The notes under the pieces are model-generated. The model saw only the letters and a list, made by a program, of their open reading frames with translations, searched no databases and was not told the origin of the DNA. Position numbers and translations under genes: made by a program. This document shows, one piece after another, positions 56,250-64,000 of a DNA stretch of 64,000 nt; positions within the stretch are counted from its first letter, which is position 1; every line of letters starts with the position of its first letter. The DNA is from an uncultured Thermoleophilaceae bacterium (lineage in GTDB: Bacteria > Actinomycetota > Thermoleophilia > Solirubrobacterales > Thermoleophilaceae), in contig CAVUIF010000010.1 in NCBI GenBank assembly GCA_963741455.1, positions 183,850 through 247,849 of the forward strand, given 5' to 3'.

Positions 56250-58519
56250 TCAGCGACGGAGCTTGACGGTGCGCTTGAAGCTGTCCGTGTTGCCGGCCGT
56301 GTCGCGAACCCGGAGCACGATTCGGGTCTTCAGACGCTTGGAGGGACGCCTGCGGAGATACGCCTTGATCGCCTTCCGCGCCTTCTTCGGCACCATGAGG
56401 CGCAGTGTCGCCCTGGTGCCCCGGGGTACGAAGCGGTTCCTGACGGCCTTCAGCCGGTAGACCTTGGACGCGCCGCCGGGCACCGACACGGTTCCCGTCG
56501 CGGACGCGATCAGGTCCTCGGTCGTCGCAGCGACCACGATTCCGACGCTCGTACCGGCCTTCTGCGTCGTCCTCCCGGTCATCTTGATCACAGGCGGGGT
56601 CGTGTCGGTCCCACCGTTACCGCCGCCGCCGCTGCCCCCGTTACCGGGGGCGGGGTCTGGGTCTGGGTCGGGGGTTCCTGACCCGCAAGGTGAAACCGCC
56701 TGCGGCTGGGCACCGGGAGCGATGCGTACCCACTTCGCGACCGACGGCACGCCGTCCGAGTCGACCAGGAAGAGCATGTAGTAGCCGGGCGGGGCGACGT
56801 TCGCGTTCGTTGGGGAGGCGAGGTCGAGGGTGCACGGGCGGCGCCCCGTGATCCGAAGCGGCACGTAACGCTGGTGCATGTCGGTCGCGTGCGTGGTCGC
56901 GCCGGGCGCGATCAGGACGGCGCGGTTGATGTTCGCGTTGGGGGTCGAGACGCTGAAGCCCTGGTTCCAGTCGACCGCCGTGGGGGCGCTCGCGATCGTG
57001 GGTCGCGGCGCCCTTGAACAGGTAGGGCGGCTCGTAGATCTCTGCGGAATCGGTCCACGCCGTGTTCGTGGGGGCGTTGCCGTCGTCGCCGGCCGAGAGC
57101 ACCCGTCCGTCTGGCAGCAGCATGGCCACGGAGTGGTACGCGCGCGTCTCCTGCTGCGCAGCGCCGAGCCGCCAGGTCCTCGTCAGGGGATCCCACAGCT
57201 CGACCTGCTTCAGCGGGTCGCTGCCGATGTATTGCTCCCAGCCGATCCCGCCACCGACCGACACCATCGAGGCGTCCGGCAGCAGGACGGTGTTCTGGTA
57301 GGTGCGCGCCTGCTGGTACGACGGGCCCGCCTGCCAGCCCGCGCCCGACTCCGACTCGTCGAAGTACTCCGAGGTCTTGGTGCTCTCGTGGGTCGTGTCC
57401 GACGCTCTGACCCGGCCGCCCAGCTGAATCACCCTGTCCGAGGGCGTCGGTGCTTCCGGGCGGCGGCGGCTCGAACACGGCGTTGCCGTACAGCCTGCGC
57501 CGGCTCGGGTTGTCGAGGTCAACCCACGACAGCGCGCTGTCGTTGGCAGTGCCGGGAGAGTTCATGTACCAGGAGTCGTTCACAGCCGGGCCGGCCACGA
57601 CGTGCGGCCGCTCGGCATCACGCGCAGGTTCGGGTAGAGGTCGCCGATCGGCGGCATCCCGGGCCCGCCGAGCTCCCCGGCGAGCGTCGTCAGCGTGCCC
57701 TGCCCGCCTCGGGTCGCGGGCGGGTTGAAGACCTGGATGGTCGTGTTGATGATCTGTTGGACGGGCGGGGTGACCTGGGTGGACGCCTCCTGGATAGACC
57801 CCTGGATGATCACCTGGCGGCCGTCGGGGAGCAGCACCTGGCTCGGGTACCAGCGCCCCTGCGCCATGCTCGGCTGCTCGGTCCAGGTCTTGCTGAACGG
57901 GTCGAAGGTGAGGATCTTGTTGAGCCCCTTGACGCCATTGAGGCGAGTGAGCTCGCCGCCGACGACGAGGAGCTGGCCGTCGGCGAGGAAGGCCTGGCCG
58001 GAGCAGTAGATGTTGGCCGGCGGGTCGACGCGCTCCTGCTGGCCGGTGACCGGGTCCCACAGGACGGCAAGGGTCGTGCTGTCGTTGAAGCCGCCGACCG
58101 GCGGGCCCCAGAGGAGCACCTTGCCGGTCGGGAGCATCGCCGCGTGGATCGCGTACATCGGGAGACTCGAACAGACCGTTCCAGGCGCCGGTCGTGGCGC
58201 CCGGCTCGACGGCCGCCGCCTGCACGTCCGCGGCCCGGAACACGCTGTTCCGGTAGCTGCCGTCCTCGCCGGAGAGCGCCCCCCTGTTCAGCGCCGCGCC
58301 GAACTGCGGCGTGGCGGCCTGCTTCGAGGCGCGCGCCCGCTGCCGCGCGTGCTCCGCGGCGTGGCTCTCGCCGAGGACGCTCGTCTCGAGCGCGCGAACC
58401 TGGCTCTCCGGGAGGCCGGGGAGGGAGGGAGAGGGGTGTTCGGCGGCTGCGGGACCAGCGAAAACGAGACTGGCCACCACGGCCACCAACGCCACGGAGA
58501 GGGCGGGGCGGGGGGGCAC
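56250..58519 (-). CDS. secreted radical-copper-oxidase-like protein (glyoxal/galactose oxidase N-domain plus DUF1929) with a ~100-aa basic C-terminal module; about 5 apparent frameshifts
   Basis: Signal peptide (GTG)PPRPALSVALVAVVASLVFAGPAAA. Kelch-like blades IHAAMLPTGKVLLWG, NIYCSGQAFLADGQLLVVGG, RWYPSQVLLPDGRQVII. Cu-ligand context [23 protein letters not shown]1929 end MHQRYVPL...[25 protein letters not shown]. The pieces lie in ORFs 56912-58519, 57580-58158, 56641-57522 and 56250-56879. Confidence 0.75.
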
Positions 58520-58589
58520 ATAATCACGCTACACGCGGTTTGAAAGTTTCGCTACCGAACCTTTTTCGCCCGGTCCCAAAAAAAGCGGC

Positions 58590-61500
58590 TCAGCGCCGGA
58601 GCCGCACGGTCTTCCGGTAGCGCGCGACGTTGCCCGCGCTGTCCCGGACGCTCACGACGATGCGGACCTTGACGCGCCTGCGGCTGCTCGTGCCGAGGAA
58701 CGTCTTGATGGCCCGGCGCGCCTTCAGCGGTAGCGCGAGCCGGAAGGTCCGCCTGGTACCGCGGCGCACCAGCCGGTTCTTGATCGCCTTCAGCCGGTAG
58801 ACCCTCGACGCGCCCGGCACGGAGACCGTTCCGACGGCCGACGCGCGCAGGCTCTCGGTCGTCGCCACGACCGCGATGCCCACGGCCATGCCGAGCTTCT
58901 GCGTGGTCTTGCCCCGGAACGTGAGCGTCGGCGGAGTCGTGTCGTCCGGCGGACCCGGATCCGGCGGGCGGCGCCGGGCAGCCGTCGAAGGTCGCGGCCG
59001 CGACCAGCGGGCAGGCGTCGCCCGAGTCGGCGAGGCCGTCGTTGTCGTCGTTCGAGTCGCACGCGTTCCCGAGGCCGTCGCCGTCCGTGTCCGTCTGGCT
59101 GGAGTTGCTCACCGTCGGGCAGTTGTCGGCGCCGTTCGCGACGCCGTCACCGTCGCCGTTCCGGTTGGGGACCGAGTGTCCCGGTGTAGGTGAAGGGCTC
59201 GGAGCACTGCGACAGCGTTGCCCACGGTGTCGGTGGCGGTCACCGTGAACTGGTACGTCCCGTCGTCCCGCACGGAGGCGCTGAGTGCCCGGATCGGCGA
59301 AGGTCGACCGCCGGCCCGGCGGCCATCACGATCCCGTGCAGTCGCCCGATCGGTAGAGGCGGACCGTCGAGCCCGACTCCGCGGAGCCGATCAGCTTCGG
59401 GTTGTTCACGTTCGAGGGCGAGTCCGGATTGCTCTCGTCGATCGAGGGCCGTGGCCGGCGCGGTGATGTCGACCGTGAACGTGGCGGTGTCGGTCGACTC
59501 GACGTTCCCGGCGGCGTCGGTGGCCCGCGAGCTGAGGGTGTACTGGTCGTCGCCCGGGGTGAACCCGCGGCTCCACGGGGAGGTGCCGGTCGCCGGCAGC
59601 CACACGGCCCCGGTCTGCCAGCTCGTGCCGTTCCAGTAGTGGCTGTCGCTCTGGCGCTGGATCCGCACCTCGACCGCCGCGAGCCCGGATCCGCCCGTGT
59701 CCGAGGCCGTGCCGCACACGTCGGCGTGGCCGCCGTGCTGCAGCCGGCGTTGAAGGTCGCCGCCCGTACGACGCTCCGTCGACCGGGAAGGTGATCGACG
59801 GACGCGGCTGGTGGAGTCCTCGACGTAGGCGCGCGCGGCCGAGCAGTCGACGTGTGCCCGACCGCGTCGGTCGCGGTGGCGCGCAGGTTGGTCGTCTGGT
59901 TCTCGGGCACGGTCACCGTGAAGCCCGGTGCGCGGTATTGAAGTCGGCCGCGGACCCGGTGCCGATCGGAGTGCGCCGGTGCAGTCCGACGTGGAGTAGA
60001 TGTCGACGGTCGAGCCGTTCTCGGCCGTGCCGCTCATCTCGGGCTGGTGGTCGTTCGCGGGCGAGTCGGGAGGTCGCCGTGATGGACGGCGCGTCCGGGG
60101 CCTGCGAGTCCTCGATGTAGGGGAACGCGGCGGAGCAGTTCGACGCGTTCCCGGCGGCGTCGGTCGCCGTCGCGCGGAGGTTGGTGGTCTGGTTGGCGGG
60201 CACGGTGGCGGTGATGCCGGTTGCCAGTTGAAGTCCGCCGCCGGCCCGGTGCCGATCGGCGTGCCGGTGCAGTTCGAGGTGGAGTAGATGCGCACGGTCG
60301 ACGCGGCCTCGGCGCCGCTGCCCCTCACCTCGGGCTGGTCGTCACTCGACGGCGAGGGGGGCGTCGTCGCGGTGATCGACACGGCCCCGGGCGCCTGCGA
60401 GTCCTCGGACGTACGCGTGTGCCGCCGAGCAGTCCGAGACGTTGCCGGCCGCGTCCGTCGCGGCCGCGCGGAGGTTGGTCGTCTGGTTGGCCGGCACGGT
60501 GGCGGTGATCCCGGTTGCCGAGTTGAAGGTCGGCGGCCGTGCCGGTGCCGATCGCGGTGCCGGAGCAGTCCGAGGTCGAGTAGATCCGGACGGTCGAGCC
60601 GGCCTCGGCGCCGGTGCCCCTCACCTCGGGCTGGTTGTCGTTCGACGGCGAGCTCGGGGTCGTGGCCGTCACCGACGGCGCCCCCGGGGCGGTGGTGTCG
60701 ACCGTGAACGTCGCGCTGTCGAGGGCCCCGACGTTCCCGGCGGTGTCGGTCGCGCGCGAGCTGGCGGTGTACTGGTCGTTGCCGGGAGCGAAGGCGCGGG
60801 TCCACGACGATGTGCCGGTGGCCGGCAGCCATACGACTCGCCGGCCTGCCAGCTCGTCCCGTTCCAGTACTGGTCGTCGCTCTGGCGCTGGATCCGTACC
60901 TCGACCGTCGCGAGTCCGGCCCCGCCGCGTGTCCGACGCGGTGCCGCAGACGTCCGGCGTGCCCGACCCGCAGCCCGCGTTGTAGGTCGCGGTCCGGTAC
61001 AGCGCGCCGTCGACGGGGAACGAGATCGCCGACGACGGCGCGGTCGAGTCCTCGACGTAGGGGTGCGCGCGCCGAGCAGTCCGAGACGTTGCCGACCGCG
61101 TCGGTGGCCGTCGCGCGCAGGTTGGTGCGTCTGGTTGGCGAGCACGGTGTGCGGTGATCCCGGCCGCGGAATTGAAGTCGGCGGCGGAGCCGGTGCCGAT
61201 CGGGGTGCCGGTGCAGTTCGAGGTCGAGTAGATGCGGACGGTCGAGCCGGCCTCGGCGCCGGTGCCTCGCACCTCCGGGTTGTTGTCGTTCGACGGGGAG
61301 GCCGGGGTCGGTGGCGGTGATCGTGGGCGCGCCCGGCGCCTGGGAGTCCTCGGTGTAGGGGAGCGCGGACGAGCAGCCGGACACGTTCCCGGCCGCGTCC
61401 GTCGCGGTCGCGCGCAGGTTGGTGGTCTGGTTCGGACGCGACCGTCGCGGTGATGCCGGTCGCCCCGTTGAACGTCGCGGCCGGGCCCGTGCCGATCGGC

Positions 61501-64000
61501 GTGCCGGTGCAGTCCGAGGTCGAGTAGATCCGGACCGTCGAGCCGACCTCGCGCAGTCGACCCGCGCACCTCGGGCTGGTTGTCGTTCGAGGGCGAGTGC
61601 GGGAGTGGTGGCGGCGAGGATCGGCGTGGCGGTAGCCTGGGAGTCCTCCGCGTACGGCAAACGGGGCCGAGCAGCCCGAGACGTTGCCGGCCGCGTCGGT
61701 GGCGGTCGCGCGCAGGTTGGTCGTCTGGTTGGCCGTGCACGGTGGCGGTGATGCCGGTGGCCGTTGAAGTCGGCCGCCGTGCCCGGTGCCGATCGGCGTG
61801 CCGCTGCAGTTCGAGGTCGGGTAGATCCGCACCGTGGAGCCGGCCTCCGCGCCGGAGCCCCTCACCTCGGGGTTGTTGTCGTTCGACGGGGAGGCGGGGT
61901 CCGTGGCGGTGATCGTGGGTGCGCCCGGCGCCTGCGAGTCCTCGGTGTACGGGAATGCGGCACGAGCAGCCCGAGACGTTGCCGGCGGCATCCGTCGCGG
62001 TCGCGCGCAGGTTGGTCGTCTGGTTCGCGGTGACCGTCGCGGTGATCCCGGTCGCCCCGTTGAACGTCGCGGCCGGGCCCTGAGCCGAGCGGCGTCCCGG
62101 TGCAGTCCGAGGTGGAGTAGATCCGCACCGTCGAGCCGGCCTCGGCGCCGCGCCCCTCACCTCGGGCTGGTTGTCGCTCGACGGCGAGGCGGGCGTCGTG
62201 GCCGCGATGGATGGCGTGTCGGGACCCTGCGAGTCCTCGGTGTAGGCGAACAGGGCCGAGCAGCTCGACACGTTCCCGGCCGCGTCGGTGGCCGTGGCGC
62301 GCAGGTTGGTCGTTTGGTTCGCGGCCACGGTGGCCGTGATCCCCGTCGCGCCGTTGAAGGCGGCGGCGGTGCCGGTGCCGATCGGCGTGCCGCTGCAGTC
62401 GGAGGTCGGGTAGATCCGCACGGTCGAGCCGGCCTCGGCGCCGGTGCCTCTCACCTCGGGCTGGTTGTCGCTCGACGGCGAGGCCGGGGTAGTCGCCGAG
62501 ATCGTCGGCGCGCCCGGTGCCAGCGAGTCCTCGGTGTAGGAGATCGAGTTGGAGCAGCCGGACGGGCCGTTCGGGTTCGTCGCCCTGGCGCTCAGCGGCG
62601 TCACGGAGTTGTTGCCCACGGCGACCGTGATCCCGGCTCCGGTGAAGTCGGCGAGGCTTCCGGTGGTCGGCGTACCGGTGCAGTTGTTGCTCGGGTAGAC
62701 GTCGACGGTGGTCGTGCCCGTGCCGCAGCCGCTCACCGTGCCGCGCACCTCCGGGTTGTTCTCGTTCGCGGGCGAGGGCGGGCTGGTGCCGGTGATCGCC
62801 GGCGTGTCGCACGGCGACACCGCGGTTGTTCGTGAACACGCAGCGCACGTGCTCCCCGGCCGCGACGCGCACGGTCGCCGTGCGCGTGGCCACGTCCTCG
62901 CCGCTGTTCGAGTCGTCGCAGGCGATCGAGCCGAGCGCGTAGCCGCTCGGTGGTGCCCTCGGTGACCGTGTAGGTGCCGGCCGGCACGTCGCCGGTCCTC
63001 GTGCCGTCGTCGGTCAGCGAGAAGTTCCCGAGCGCCGAGTCGCTCGTGAAGGAGAACGACGTCTTCGGGTTGGCCGTGTCCGCCGGGTTCGTCTGCTTCT
63101 CGATCGTGATCCGCCCGGGCGCGGCGCCGGGGAGGATGCGCACGAACTCGGCGACCGACGGCACGCCGGCCTCGTTGATGAGCCAGAGCATGTAGTAGCC
63201 GGGCGGGGCGGCGTTGGCGTTCGGAGGGGCGGTGAGGTCGACGCCGCCGGCGCGCTCCTCGAGCTCCAGCGGGATGTAGCGCTGGTGCATGTCGGTCGCG
63301 TGCGTGACCGCGCCGGGCGCGATCAGGGCAGCGCGGTCGATGTCCGTGTTCGGGGTGTCGACGCCGAACGTCTGGCCCCAGTTGACCGCGCTGGGGGCGT
63401 CGGTGATCGTCGGCCGCGGCCCCTTGAACAGGTAGGGCGGCTCGTAGACCTCGGCGGAGTCGGTCGCGCCGCTGGCCGGTCCGTTGCCGTTGTCGCCCGC
63501 GGAGATCACGCGACCGTCGGGCAGGAGGGTGGCCACCGAGTGGTACGCGCGCGTCTCCTGCTGTGCGGCGCCGAGCCGCCATTCGCGTGTGACCGGATCC
63601 CACAGCTCGACCTGCTTCAGCGCGTCGTTCCCGGTGAACTCCGGCCAGCCGACGCCGCCGCCCACCGAGACCATCGAGGCGTCCGGGAGCAGCACCGTGT
63701 TCTGGTAGGTGCGCGCCAGCTGGTACGACTCGCCCGGCTTCCACGACGGCGAGGGCTCGGACTCGTCGAAGTACTCCGAGGTCGCCGTGCTGCCGTGGCC
63801 GGGCGACGACGCGCTCGTGCGCCCGCCGAGCTGAACCACCTTCGTCGACGCCTCGACCTCACCCGGAGCCGGGGGCTCGAGCACGGCGTTGCCGTAGATG
63901 CGGCGGCGGCTCGGGTTCGGCGTGTCGCTCCAAGAGAGCGGACTGCCGTCCGCGAGGCCGGGGGTGTTCATGAACCAGGAGTCGTTCGGATGCGGGCCGG
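58590..64000 (-). CDS. giant secreted adhesin-like protein (5' end outside the window): glyoxal/galactose-oxidase-like head, prealbumin/Cna-B-like domain, ~10 Ig-like repeats, thrombospondin-type-3-like Ca-binding repeats, basic C-terminal module; many apparent frameshifts
   Basis: 62733-63971 is paralogous to 56250-58519 ([20 protein letters not shown]; MHQRYIPL...[25 protein letters not shown]). Next come [21 protein letters not shown]...GTYTVTE and repeats such as [113 protein letters not shown] lies at ~59000-59110. The end [32 protein letters not shown]...RKTVRLRR* is at 58590. Confidence 0.7.
59330..62810. repeat. coding tandem repeats, period ~292-298 bp (about 98 aa Ig-like units), ~10 copies with two inserted non-repeat modules
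   Basis: The marker GAGTCCTCG(G/A)(T/C)GTA recurs at 59814, 60106, 60399, 61046, 61344, 61641 (variant), 61936, 62231 and 62525. Spacings are 292, 293, 647, 298, 297, 295, 295 and 294 bp. The non-multiples of 3 coincide with frame changes. Confidence 0.75.

Noticed and set aside
59330-62810. Possible CRISPR array or non-coding satellite because of regular repeats
   Set aside because: The period is ~294 bp, which is far too long. The copies are divergent and translate into Ig-like domains with conserved Cys and Asn/Thr positions. There is no repeat-spacer organisation and there are no cas genes.
60325-63744. 1139-aa ORF that looks like one intact giant gene
   Set aside because: It is a mosaic. 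Only some stretches (for example [19 protein letters not shown]...[30 protein letters not shown]) are in the true frame, and the rest is Arg-rich off-frame text. The real protein has to be threaded through at least four ORFs because of indels in the repeats.

Overview
High-GC (about 70-73% judged by eye), gene-dense, actinobacterium-like chromosomal segment. The protein repertoire is reminiscent of Solirubrobacterales/Conexibacter-type genomes, but that is only an impression. I found no rRNA, tRNA, CRISPR array, transposase or integrase. Layout: (i) 1-23.9 kb is a large cell-surface glycan cluster. It holds a DegT aminotransferase, a Wzx-like flippase, about 10 glycosyltransferases (GT2/GT4/GT-C), two methyltransferases, a Wzm/Wzt ABC exporter, a pyruvyl transferase and a PP-loop-like protein. 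(ii) 23.9-38.3 kb is mixed: ECF sigma/anti-sigma pair, DUF6328, DUF892 protein with a repeat-encoded basic tail, typA, UPF0104 membrane protein, RmlC-like cupin plus GT2, Mo-oxidoreductase plus ferredoxin reductase, zf-UBP, MBL hydrolase, UV-damage endonuclease, HD-GYP protein, and an ECF sigma fused to its anti-sigma. (iii) 38.3-40.7 kb is a visibly lower-GC pair: a PhnZ/MIOX-like HD protein plus a ~617-aa multi-TM protein of unknown function. (iv) 40.8-44.2 kb is nrdR-nrdJ with tandem NrdR boxes. (v) 45.2-47.9 kb is a translationally coupled trypco2-like small protein plus a membrane-spanning CHAT (caspase-like) protease. This is the best candidate for an uncharacterised conflict or signalling system. 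(vi) 48-56 kb holds an epimerase, a composite secreted/HTH/HAD ORF, a GNAT, a two-component system bracketed by two paralogous acidic secreted proteins, tmk and holB. (vii) 56.3-64 kb holds two tandem radical-copper-oxidase (glyoxal/galactose oxidase-like) paralogs. The second carries about 10 Ig-like repeats of roughly 294 bp and runs off the window. Cross-cutting caveat: at least 25 apparent +1 frameshifts, mostly at GGG/CCC runs, interrupt clearly conserved genes including typA and holB. These look like homopolymer insertion errors rather than real pseudogenes, and several long ORFs in the supplied track are artefactual fusions. All family assignments come from reading the translations; no database search was run.
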